From Eledone cirrhosa (lineage: Eukaryota): 64,000 nt of DNA. Location: assembly GCA_964016885.1 (NCBI GenBank), contig OZ024759.1:310001-374000 (forward strand). The letters are read 5' to 3'. Both the position numbers and the translations under genes were made by a program. This document shows positions 15,501 through 29,419 of the stretch, piece by piece. The notes below the pieces were generated by a model. It was not told the DNA's origin, did not search any database, and worked only from the letters and a program-made list of their open reading frames with translations. Numbering within the stretch: the first letter of the stretch is position 1; every line of letters begins with the position of its first letter.

Positions 15501-18500
15501 TATATTAGTAACATGACACAGTCCATATTAGTAACATGACAAAGTCTATATTAGTAGCATGACAAAGTCTATATTAGTAACATGACAAAGTCTATATTAG
15601 AAACATGACACAGTCTATATTAGTAACATGACAAAGTCTATATTAGTAACATGACAAAGTCTATATTAGTAACATGACAGTCTATATTAGTAGCATGACA
15701 AAGTCTATATTAGTAACATGACACAGTCTATATTAGTAACATGACACAGTCTATATTAGTAACATGACAAAGTCTATATTAGTAGCATGACAAAGTCTAT
15801 ATTAGTAACATGACACAGTCTATATTAGTAACATGACAAAGTCTATATTAGTAGCATGACAAAGTCTATATTAGTAACATGACAAAGTCTATATTAGTAA
15901 CATGACAAAGTCTATATTAGTAACATGACAGTCTATATTAGTAACATGACAGTCCATATTAGTAGCATGACAAAGTCTATATTAGTAACATGACAAAGTC
16001 TATATTAGTAACATGACACAGTCTATATTAGTAACATGACACAGTCTATATTAGTAACATGACACAGTCTATATTAGTAACATGACACAGTCCATATTAG
16101 TAACATGACAAAGTCTATATTAGTAACATGACAAAGTCTATATTAGTAACATGAGAAAGTCTATATTAGTAACATGACACAGTCTATACTAGTAACATGA
16201 CAAAGTCTATATTAGTAACATGACACAGTCTATATTAGTAACATGACACAGTCCATATTAGTAACATGACAAAGTCTATATTAGTAGCATGACAAAGTCT
16301 ATATTAGTAACATGACAAAGTCTATATTAGAAACATGACACAGTCTATATTAGTAACATGACAAAGTCTATATTAGTAACATGACAAAGTCTATATTAGT
16401 AACATGACAGTCTATATTAGTAGCATGACAAAGTCTATATTAGTAACATGACACAGTCTATATTAGTAACATGACACAGTCTATATTAGTAACATGACAA
16501 AGTCTATATTAGTAGCATGACAAAGTCTATATTAGTAACATGACACAGTCTATATTAGTAACATGACAACGTCTATATTAGTAGCATGACAAAGTCTATA
16601 TTAGTAACATGACAAAGTCTATATTAGTAACATGACAAAGTCTATATTAGTAACATGACAGTCTATATTAGTAACATGACAGTCCATATTAGTAGCATGA
16701 CAAAGTCTATATTAGTAACATGACAAAGTCTATATTAGTAACATGACACAGTCTATATTAGTAACATGACACAGTCTATATTAGTAACATGACACAGTCT
16801 ATATTAGTAACATGACAAAGTCTATATTAGTAACATGGCAAAGTCTATATTAGTAACATGACAAAGTCTATATTAGTAACATGACAAGGTCTATATTAGT
16901 AACATGACACAGTCTATATTAGTAACATGACAAAGTCTATATTAGTAACATGACAGTCTATATTAGTAACATGACACAGTCTATATTAGTAACATGACAA
17001 AGTCTATATTAGTAGCATGACAAAGTCTATATTAGTAACATGACACAGTCTATATTAGTAACATGACAAAGTCTATATTAGTAGCATGACAAAGTCTATA
17101 TTAGTAACATGACAAAGTCTATATTAGTAGCATGACAAAGTCTATATTAGTAACATGACACAGTCTATATTAGTAACATGACAAAGTCTATATTAGTAGC
17201 ATGACAAAGTCTATATTAGTAACATGACAAAGTCTATATTAGTAACATGACAAAGTCTATATTAGTAACATGACAGTCTATATTAGTAACATGACAGTCC
17301 ATATTAGTAGCATGACAAAGTCTATATTAGTAACATGACAAAGTCTATATTAGTAACATGACACAGTCTATATTAGTAACATGACACAGTCTATATTAGT
17401 AACATGACACAGTCTATATTAGTAACATGACAAAGTCTATATTAGTAACATGACAGTCTATATTAGTAACATGACACAGTCTATATTAGTAACATGACAC
17501 AGTCTATATTAGTAACATGACATAGACTATATTAGTAACATGACAAAGTCTATATTAGTAACATGACAGTCTATATTAGTAACATGTCAAAGTCTATATT
17601 AGTAACATGACACAGTCTATATTTGTAACATGACAAAGTCTCTATTAGTAACATGACAAAGTCTATATTAGTAACATGACAGTCTATATTAGTAACATGA
17701 CAAAGTCTCTATTAGTAACATGACAAAGTCTATATTAGTAACATGACAGTCTATATTAGTAACATGACAAAGTCTATATTAGTAACATGACAAAGTCTAT
17801 ATTAGTAACATGACAAAGTCTATATTAGTAACATGACAAAGTCTATATTAGTAGCATGACAATGTCTATATTAGTAACATGACAAAGTCTATATTAGTAA
17901 CATGACAAAGTCTATATTAGTAACATGACAAAGTCTATATTAGTAGCATGACACAGTCTATATTAGTAACATGACACAGTCTATATTAGTAACATGACAG
18001 TCTATATTAGTAACATGACAAAGTCTATATTAGTAGCATGACAAAATCTATATTAGTAACATGACACAGTCTATATTAGTAACATGACAGTCTATATTAG
18101 TAACATGACACAGTCTATATTAGTAACATGACAAAGTCTATATTAGTAGCATGACAAAGTCTATATTAGTAGCATGACACAGTCTATATTAGTAACTTGA
18201 CACAGTCTATATTAGTAACATGACACAGTCTATATTAGTAACATGACAAAGTCTATATTAGTAGCATGACAAAGTCTATATTAGTAACATGACAAAGTCT
18301 ATATTAGTAACATGACACAGTCTATATTAGTAACATGACAAAGTCTATATTAGTAACATGACAAAGTCTATATTAGTAACATGACACGGTCTATATTAGT
18401 AACATGACAAAGTCTATATTAGTAACGTGACACTGTCTATATTAGTCACTTGACAAAGTCTATATTAGTAACATGACACAGTCTATATTAGTAACATGAC

Positions 18501-21500
18501 ACAGTCTATATTAGTAACATGACAAAGTCTATATTAGTAGCATGACAAAGTCTATATTAGTAACATGACAAAGTCTATATTATTAACATGACAAAGTCTA
18601 TATTAGTAACATGACACTGTCTATATTAGTAACATGACACTGTCTATATTAGTAACATGACACAGTCTATATTAGTAACATGGCAAAGTCTATATTAGTA
18701 ACATGGCAAAGTCTATATTAGTAACATGACAAAGTCTATATTAGTAACATGACTAGGTCTATATTAGTAACATGACACAGTCTATATTAGTAACATGACA
18801 AAGTCTATATTAGTAACATGACAGTCTATATTAGTAACATGACAAAGTCTATATTAGTAACATGACAAAGTCTATATTAGTAACATGACAGTCTATATTA
18901 GTAACATGACACAGTCTATATTAGTAACATGACACGGTCTATATTAGTAACATGACAAAGTCTATATTAGTAACATGACACAGTCTATATTATTAACATG
19001 ACAAAGTCTATATTAGTAACACGACACAGTCTATATTAGTAACATGACATAGTCTATATTAGTAACATGACATAGTCTATATTAGTAGCATGACAAAGTC
19101 TATATTAGTAACATGACAAAGTCTATATTAGTAACATGACACAGTCTATATTAGTAACATGAGAAAGTCTATATTAGTAACATGACACAGTCTATATTAG
19201 TAACATGACAAAGTCTATATTAGTAACATGACACAGTCTATATTAGTAACATGACACAGTCCATATTAGTAACATGACAAAGTCTATATTAGTAGCATGA
19301 CAAAGTCTATATTAGTAACATGACAAAGTCTATATTAGAAACATGACACAGTCTATATTAGTAACATGACAAAGTCTATATTAGTAACATGACAAAGTCT
19401 ATATTAGTAACATGACAGTCTATATTAGTAGCATGACAAAGTCTATATTAGTAACATGACACAGTCTATATTAGTAACATGACACAGTCTATATTAGTAA
19501 CATGACAAAGTCTATATTAGTAGCATGACAAAGTCTATATTAGTAACATGACACAGTCTATATTAGTAACATGACAAAGTCTATATTAGTAGCATGACAA
19601 AGTCTATATTAGTAACATGACAAAGTCTATATTAGTAACATGACAAAGTCTATATTAGTAACATGACAGTCTATATTAGTAACATGACAGTCCATATTAG
19701 TAGCATGACAAAGTCTATATTAGTAACATGACAAAGTCTATATTAGTAACATGACACAGTCTATATTAGTAACATGACACAGTCTATATTAGTAACATGA
19801 CACAGTCTATATTAGTAACATGACACAGTCCATATTAGTAACATGACAAAGTCTATATTAGTAACATGACAAAGTCTATATTAGTAACATGAGAAAGTCT
19901 ATATTAGTAACATGACACAGTCTATATTAGTAACATGACAAAGTCTATATTAGTAACATGACACAGTCTATATTAGTAACATGACACAGTCCATATTAGT
20001 AACATGACAAAGTCTATATTAGTAGCATGACAAAGTCTATATTAGTAACATGACAAAGTCTATATTAGAAACATGACACAGTCTATATTAGTAACATGAC
20101 AAAGTCTATATTAGTAACATGACAAAGTCTATATTAGTAACATGACAGTCTATATTAGTAGCATGACAAAGTCTATATTAGTAACATGACACAGTCTATA
20201 TTAGTAACATGACACAGTCTATATTAGTAACATGACAAAGTCTATATTAGTAGCATGACAAAGTCTATATTAGTAACATGACACAGTCTATATTAGTAAC
20301 ATGACAAAGTCTATATTAGTAGCATGACAAAGTCTATATTAGTAACATGACAAAGTCTATATTAGTAACATGACAAAGTCTATATTAGTAACATGACAGT
20401 CTATATTAGTAACATGACAGTCCATATTAGTAGCATGACAAAGTCTATATTAGTAACATGACAAAGTCTATATTAGTAACATGACACAGTCTATATTAGT
20501 AACATGACACAGTCTATATTAGTAACATGACACAGTCTATATTAGTAACATGACAAAGTCTATATTAGTAACATGGCAAAGTCTATATTAGTAACATGAC
20601 AAAGTCTATATTAGTAACATGACAAGGTCTATATTAGTAACATGACACAGTCTATATTAGTAACATGACAAAGTCTATATTAGTAACATGACAGTCTATA
20701 TTAGTAACATGACAAAGTCTATATTAGTAACATGACAAAGTCTATATTAGTAACATGACAGTCTATATTAGTAACATGACACAGTCTATATTAGTAACAT
20801 GACAAAGTCTATATTAGTAACATGACATAGACTATATTAGTAACATGACAAAGTCTATATTAGTAACATGACAGTCTATATTAGTACCATGACACAGTCT
20901 ATATTAGTAACATGACACAGTCTATATTAGTAACATGACAAAGTCTCTATTAGTAACATGACAAAGTCTATATTAGTAACATGACAGTCTATATTAGTAA
21001 CATGACAAAGTCTCTATTAGTAACATGACAAAGTCTATATTAGTAACATGACAGTCTATATTAGTAACATGACAAAGTCTATATTAGTAACATGACAGTC
21101 TATATTGTAACATGACACAGTCTATATTAGTAACATGACACAGTCTATATTAGTAACATGACAGTCTATATTAGTAACATGACAAAGTCTATATTAGTAG
21201 CATGACACAGTCTATATTAGTAACATGACAAAGTCTATATTAGTAACATGACAAAGTCTATATTAGTAGCATGACACAGTATATATTAGTAACATGACAC
21301 AGTCTATATTAGTAACATGACAGTCTATATTAGTAACATGACAAAGTCTATATTAGTAGCATGACAAAGTCTATATTAGTAACATGACACAGTCTATATT
21401 AGTAACATGACAGTCTATATTAGTAACATGACACAGTCTATATTAGTAACATGACAAAGTCTATATTAGTAGCATGACAAAGTCTATATTAGTAACATGA

Positions 21501-21815
21501 CACAGTCTATATTAGTAACATGACAGTCTATATTAGTAACATGACACAGTCTATGTTAGTAACATGACAAAGTCTATATTAGTAGCATGACAAAGTCTAT
21601 ATTAGTAGCATGACACAGTCTATATTAGTAACATGACACAGTCTATATTAGTAACATGACAAAGTCTATATTAGTAACATGACACACTCTATATTAGTAA
21701 CATGACAAAGTCTATATTAGTAACATGACAAAGTCTATATTAGTAACATGACACAGTCTATATTAGTAACATGACAAAGTCTATATTACTAACATGACAC
21801 TGTCTATATTAGTAA
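5480..21815. repeat. Near-perfect 8195-bp tandem duplication (about 5480-13620 vs about 13675-21815)
   Basis: All markers checked pair at exactly +8195: 5567/13762, 6514/14709, ATACTAGT 7994/16189, GACAACGTC 8375/16570, 9328/17523, 10252/18447, 12633/20828, CTATGTTAG 13360/21555, TTACTAAC 13594/21789. The copies diverge at 13622 vs 21817. Confidence 0.93.
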
Positions 21816-24800
21816 CTTGACAAAGTCTATATTAGTAACATGTCACAGTCTATATTAGTAACATGACAAAGTCTATATTAGTAACATGACACTGTCTATA
21901 TTAGTAACTTGACAAAGTCTATATTAGTAACATGACAGTCTATATTAGTAACATGACAAAGTCTATATTAGTAACATGACAAAGTCTATATTAGTAACAT
22001 GACACAGTCTATATTAGTAACATGTCAAAGTCTATATTAGTAACATGACAAAGTCTATATTAGTAACATGACACAGTCTATATTAGTAACTTGACAAAGT
22101 CTATATTAGTAACATGACACTGTCTATATTAGTAACTTGACAAAGGCTATATTAGTAACATGACACAGTCTATATTAGTAACATGACAAAGTCTATATTA
22201 GTAACATGACACTGTCTATATTAGTAACTTGACAAAGTCTATATTAGTAACATGACAAAGTCTATTTTAGTAACATGACACTGTCTATATTACTAACATG
22301 ACACAGTCTATATTAGTAACATGACACGGTCTATATTAGTAACATGACAAAGTCTATATTAGTAACATGACAAAGTCTATATTAGTAGCATGACACAGTA
22401 TATATTAGTAACATGACACAGTCTATATTAGTAACATGACAGTCTATATTAGTAACATGACAAAGTCTATATTAGTAGCATGACAAAGTCTATATTAGTA
22501 ACATGACACAGTCTATATTAGTAACATGACAGTCTATATTAGTAACATGACACAGTCTATATTAGTAACATGACAAAGTCTATATTAGTAGCATGACAAA
22601 GTCTATATTAGTAACATGACACAGTCTATATTAGTAACATGACAGTCTATATTAGTAACATGACACAGTCTATGTTAGTAACATGACAAAGTCTATATTA
22701 GTAGCATGACAAAGTCTATATTAGTAGCATGACACAGTCTATATTAGTAACATGACACAGTCTATATTAGTAACATGACAAAGTCTATATTAGTAACATG
22801 ACACAGTCTATATTAGTAACATGACAAAGTCTATATTAGTAACATGACAAAGTCTATATTAGTAACATGACACAGTCTATATTAGTAACATGACAAAGTC
22901 TATATTACTAACATGACACTGTCTATATTAGTAACTTGACAAAGTCTATATTAGTAACATGTCACAGTCTATATTAGTAACATGACAAAGTATATATTAG
23001 TAACATGACACTGTCTATATTAGTAACTTGACAAAGTCTATATTAGTAACATGACAGTCTATATTAGTAACATGACAAAGTCTATATTAGTAACATGACA
23101 AAGTCTATATTAGTAACATGACACAGTCTATATTAGTAACATGTCAAAGTCTATATTAGTAACATGACAAAGTCTATATTAGTAACATGACACAGTCTAT
23201 ATTAGTAACTTGACAAAGTCTATATTAGTAACATGACACTGTCTATATTAGTAACTTGACAAAGTCTATATTAGTAACATGACACAGTCTATATTAGTAA
23301 CATGACAAAGTCTATATTAGTAACATGACACTGTCTATATTAGTAACTTGACAAAGTCTATATTAGTAACATGACAAAGTCTATTTTAGTAACATGACAC
23401 TGTCTATATTACTAACATGACACAGTCTATATTAGTAACATGACACAGTCTATATTAGTAACATGACAAAGTCTATATTAGTAACATGACACAGTCTATA
23501 TTAGTAACATGGCAAAGTCTATATTAGTAACATGACAAAGTCTATATTAGTAACATGACAAGGTCTATATTAGTAACATGACACAGTCTATATTAGTAAC
23601 ATGACAAAGTCTATATTAGTAACATGACAGTCTATATTAGTAACATGACAAAGTCTATATTAGTAACATGACAAAGTCTATATTAGTAACATGACAGTCT
23701 ATATTAGTAACATGACACAGTCTATATTAGTAACATGACACAGTCTATATTAGTAACATGACAAAGTCTATATTAGTAGCATGACAAAGTCTATATTAGT
23801 AACATGACAAAGTCTATATTAGTAACATGACAGTCTATATTAGTAACATGACAAAGTCTATATTAGTAACATGACAGTCTATATTAGTAACATGACAGTC
23901 CATATTAGTAGCATGACAAAGTCTATATTAGTAACATGACAAAGTCTATATTAGTAACATGACACAATCTATATAAGTTACATGACAAAGTCTATATTAG
24001 TAACATTGCAAAGTCTATATTATTAACATGACAAAGTCTATATTAGTAACATGACAAGGTCTATATTAGTAACATGACACAGTCTATATTAGTAACATGA
24101 CAAAGTCTATATTAGTAACATGACAAAGTCTATATTAGTAACATGACACAGTCTATATTAGTAACATGCCAAAGTCTATATTACTAACATGACACTGTCT
24201 ATATTAGTAACTTGACAAAGTCTATATTAGTAACATGTCACAGTCTATATTAGTAACATGACAAAGTCTATATTAGTAACATGACACTGTCTATATTAGT
24301 AACTTGACAAAGTCTATATTAGTAACATGACAGTCTATATTAGTAACATGACAAAGTCTATATTAGTAACATGACAAAGTCTATATTAGTAACATGACAC
24401 AGTCTATATTAGTAACATGTCAAAGTCTATATTAGTAACATGACAAAGTCTATATTAGTAACATGACACAGTCTATATTAGTAACTTGACAAAGTCTATA
24501 TTAGTAACATGACACTGTCAATATTAGTAACTTGACAAAGTCTATATTAGTAACATGACACAGTCTATATTAGTAACATGACAAAGTCTATATTAGTAAC
24601 ATGACACTGTCTATATTAGTAACTTGACAAAGTCTATATTAGTAACATGACAAAGTCTATTTTAGTAACATGACACTGTCTATATTACTAACATGACACA
24701 GTCTATATTAGTAACATGACACAGTCTATATTAGTAACATGACAAAGTCTATATTAGTAACATGACACAGTCTATATTAGTAACATGGCAAAGTCTATAT

Positions 24801-27800
24801 TAGTAACATGACAAAGTCTATATTAGTAACATGACAAGGTCTATATTAGTAACATGACACAGTCTATATTAGTAACATGACAAAGTCTATATTAGTAACA
24901 TGACAGTCTATATTAGTAACATGACAATGTCTATATTAGTAACATGACAAAGTCTATATTAGTAACATGACAGTCTATATTAGTAACATGACACAGTCTA
25001 TATTAGTAACATGACAATGTCTCTATTAGTAACATGACAAAGTCTATATTAGTAACATGACAGTCTATATTAGTAACATGACAATGTCTCTATTAGTAAC
25101 ATGACAAAGTCTATATTAGTAACATGACATTCTATATTAGTAACATGACAAAGTCTATATTAGTAACATGACAGTCTATATTGTAACATGACACAGTCTA
25201 TATTAGTAACATGACACAGTCTATATTAGTAACATGACATAGTCTATATTAGTAACATGAGAAAGTCTATATTAGTAACATGACAGTCTATATTGTAACA
25301 TGACACACTCTATATTAGTAACATGACACAGTCTATATTAGTAACATGACAAAGTCTATATTAGTAACATGACAAAGTCTATATTAGTAACATGACACAG
25401 TCTATATTAGTAACATGACAAAGTCTATATTAGTAACATGACAAAGTCTATATTAGTAACATGACATAGTCTATATTAGTAACATGACAAAGTCTATATT
25501 AGTAGCATGACACAGTCTATATTAGTAACATGACACAGTCTATATTAGTAACATGACAGTCTATATTAGTAACATGACAAAGTCTATATTAGTAGCATGA
25601 CAGTCTATATTAGTAACATGACACAGTCTATATTAGTAACATGACAGTCTATATTAGTAACATGACAAAGTCTATATTAGTAACATGACAAAGTCTATAT
25701 TAGTAGCATGACAAAGTCTATATTAGTAACATGACACTCTATATTAGTAACATGACAAAGTCTATATTAGTAGCATGACAAAGTCTATATTAGTAGCATG
25801 ACACAGTCTATATTAGTAACATGACAAAGTCTATATTAGTAACATGACACAGTCTATATTAGTAACATGACAAAGTCTATATTAGTAGCATGACAAAGTC
25901 TATATTAGTAACATGACAAAGTCTATATTAGTAACATGACACAGTCTATATTAGTAACATGACAAAGTCTATATTAGTAACATGACAAAGTCTATATTAG
26001 TAACATGACACAGTCTATATTAGTAACATGACAAAGTCTATATTACTAACATGACACTGTCTATATTAGTAACTTGACAAAGTCTATATTAGTAACATGT
26101 CACAGTCTATATTAGTAACATGACAAAGTCTATATTAGTAACATGACACTGTCTATATTAGTAACTTGACAAAGTCTATATTAGTAACATGACAGTCTAT
26201 ATTAGTAACATGACAAAGTCTATATTAGTAACATGACAAAGTCTATATTAGTAACATGACACAGTCTATATTAGTAACATGTCAAAGTCTATATTAGTAA
26301 CATGACAAAGTCTATATTAGTAACATGACACAGTCTATATTAGTAACTTGACAAAGTCTATATTAGTAACATGACACTGTCTATATTAGTAACTTGACAA
26401 AGTCTATATTAGTAACATGACACAGTCTATATTAATAACATGACAAAGTCTATATTAGTAACATGACACTGTCTATATTAGTAACTTGACAAAGTCTATA
26501 TTAGTAACATGACAAAGTCTATTTTAGTAACATGACACTGTCTATATTACTAACATGACACAGTCTATATTAGTAACATGACACAGTCTATATTAGTAAC
26601 ATGACAAAGTCTATATTAGTAACATGACACAGTCTATATTAGTAACATGGCAAAGTCTATATTAGTAACATGACAAAGTCTATATTAGTAACATGACAAG
26701 GTCTATATTAGTAACATGACACAGTCTATATTAGTAACATGACAAAGTCTATATTAGTAACATGACAGTCTATATTAGTAACATGACAAAGTCTATATTA
26801 GTAACATGACAAAGTCTATATTAGTAACATGACAGTCTATATTAGTAACATGACACAGTCTATATTAGTAACATGACACAGTCTATATTAGTAACATGAC
26901 AAAGTCTATATTAGTAGCATGACAAAGTCTATATTAGTAACATGACAAAGTCTATATTAGTAACATGACAGTCTATATTAGTAACATGACAAAGTCTATA
27001 TTAGTAACATGACAGTCTATATTAGTAACATGACAGTCCATATTAGTAGCATGACAAAGTCTATATTAGTAACATGACAAAGTCTATATTAGTAACATGA
27101 CACAATCTATATTAGTAACATGACAAAGTCTATATTAGTAACATTGCAAAGTCTATATTATTAACATGACAAAATCTATATTAGTAACATGACAAGGTCT
27201 ATATTAGTAACATGACACAGTCTATATTAGTAACATGACAAAGTCTATATTAGTAACATGACAGTCTATATTAGTAACATGACAAAGTCGATATTAGTAA
27301 CATGACAAAGTCTATATTAGTAACGTGACAGTCTATAGTAGTAACATGACACAGTCTATATTAGTAACATGACAAAGTCTATATTAGTAACATGACAGTC
27401 TATATTAGTAACATGACAAAGTCTATATTAGTAACATGACACAGTCTATATTAGTAACATGACAATGTCTCTATTAGTAACATGACAAAGTCTATATTAG
27501 TAACATGACAGTCTATATTAGTAACATGACAAAGTCTCTATTAGTAACATGACAAAGTCTATATTAGTAACATGACATTCTATATTAGTAACATGACAAA
27601 GTCTATATTAGTAACATGACAGTCTATATTGTAACATGACACAGTCTATATTAGTAACATGACACAGTCTATATTAGTAACATGACATAGTCTATATTAG
27701 TAACATGAGAAAGTCTATATTAGTAACATGACAGTCTATATTGTAACATGACACAGTCTATATTAGTAACATGACACAGTCTATATTAGTAACATGACAA

Positions 27801-28700
27801 AGTCTATATTAGTAACATGACAAAGTCTATATTAGTAACATGACACAGTCTATATTAGTAACATGACAGTCTATATTAGTAACATGACAAAGTCTATATT
27901 AGTAACATGACAAAGTCTATATTAGTAACATGACACAGTCTATATTAGTAACATGTCAAAGTCTATATTAGTAACATGACAAAGTCTATATTAGTAACAT
28001 GACACAGTCTATATTAGTAACATGACAAAGTCTATATTAGTAACATGACACTGTCTATATTAGTAACTTGACAAAGTCTATATTAGTAACATGACACAGT
28101 CTATATTAGTAACATGACAAAGTCTATATTAGTAACATGACACTGTCTATATTAGTAACTTGACAAAGTCTATATTAGTAACATGACAAAGTCTATTTTA
28201 GTAACATGACACTGTCTATATTACTAACATGACACAGTCTATATTAGTAACATGACACAGTCTATATTAGTAACATGACAAAGTCTATATTAGTAACATG
28301 ACACAGTCTATATTAGTAACATGGCAAAGTCTATATTAGTAACATGACAAAGTCTATATTAGTAACATGACAAGGTCTATATTAGTAACATGACACAGTC
28401 TATATTAGTAACATGACAAAGTCTATATTAGTAACATGACAGTCTATATTAGTAACATGACAAAGTCTATATTAGTAACATGACAAAGTCTATATTAGTA
28501 ACATGACAGTCTATATTAGTAACATGACACAGTCTATATTAGTAACATGACACAGTCTATATTAGTAACATGACAAAGTCTATATTAGTAGCATGACAAA
28601 GTCTATATTAGTAACATGACAAAGTCTATATTAGTAACATGACAGTCTATATTAGTAACATGACAAAGTCTATATTAGTAATATGACAGTCTATATTAGT
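21230..28700. repeat. Irregular higher-order block rich in GACACTGTC / AACTTGAC variants; five copies spaced 1119, 1276, 1862 and 1674 bp
   Basis: CTATTTTAG marker at 22266, 23385, 24661, 26523 and 28197. ATGTCACAG at 21843, 22962, 24238 and 26100. AACATTGCA at 24007/27145 (offset 3138 = 1276 + 1862). Confidence 0.82.
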
Positions 28701-29419
28701 AACATGACAGTCTATATTAGTAGCATGACAAAGTCTATATTAGTAACATGACACAGTCTATATTAGTAACATGACACAGTCTATATTAGTAACATGACAA
28801 AGTCTATATTAGTAGCATGACAAAGTCTATATTAGTAACATGACACAGTCTATATTAGTAACATGACAAAGTCTATATTAGTAGCATGACAAAGTCTATA
28901 TTAGTAACATGACAAAGTCTATATTAGTAACATGACAAAGTCTATATTAGTAACATGACAGTATAAATTAGTAACATGACAGTCCATATTAGTAGCATGA
29001 CAAAGTCTATATTAGTAACATGACAAAGTCTATATTAGTAACATGACACAGTCTATATTAGTAACATAACACAGTCTATATTAGTAACATGACACAGTCT
29101 ATATTAGTAACATGACACAGTCTATATTAGTAACATGACAAAGTCTCTATTAGTAACATGACAAAGTCTATATTAGTAACATGACAGTCTATATTAGTAA
29201 CATGACAAAGTCTCTATTAGTAACATGACAAAGTCTATATTAGTAACATGACAGTCTATATTAGTAACATGACAAAGTCTATATTAGTAACAAGACAGTC
29301 TATATTGTAACATGACACAGTCTATATTAGTAACATGACACAGTCTATATTAGTAACATGACAGTCTATATTAGTAACATGACAAAGTCTATATTAGTAA
29401 CATGACAAAGTCTATATTA

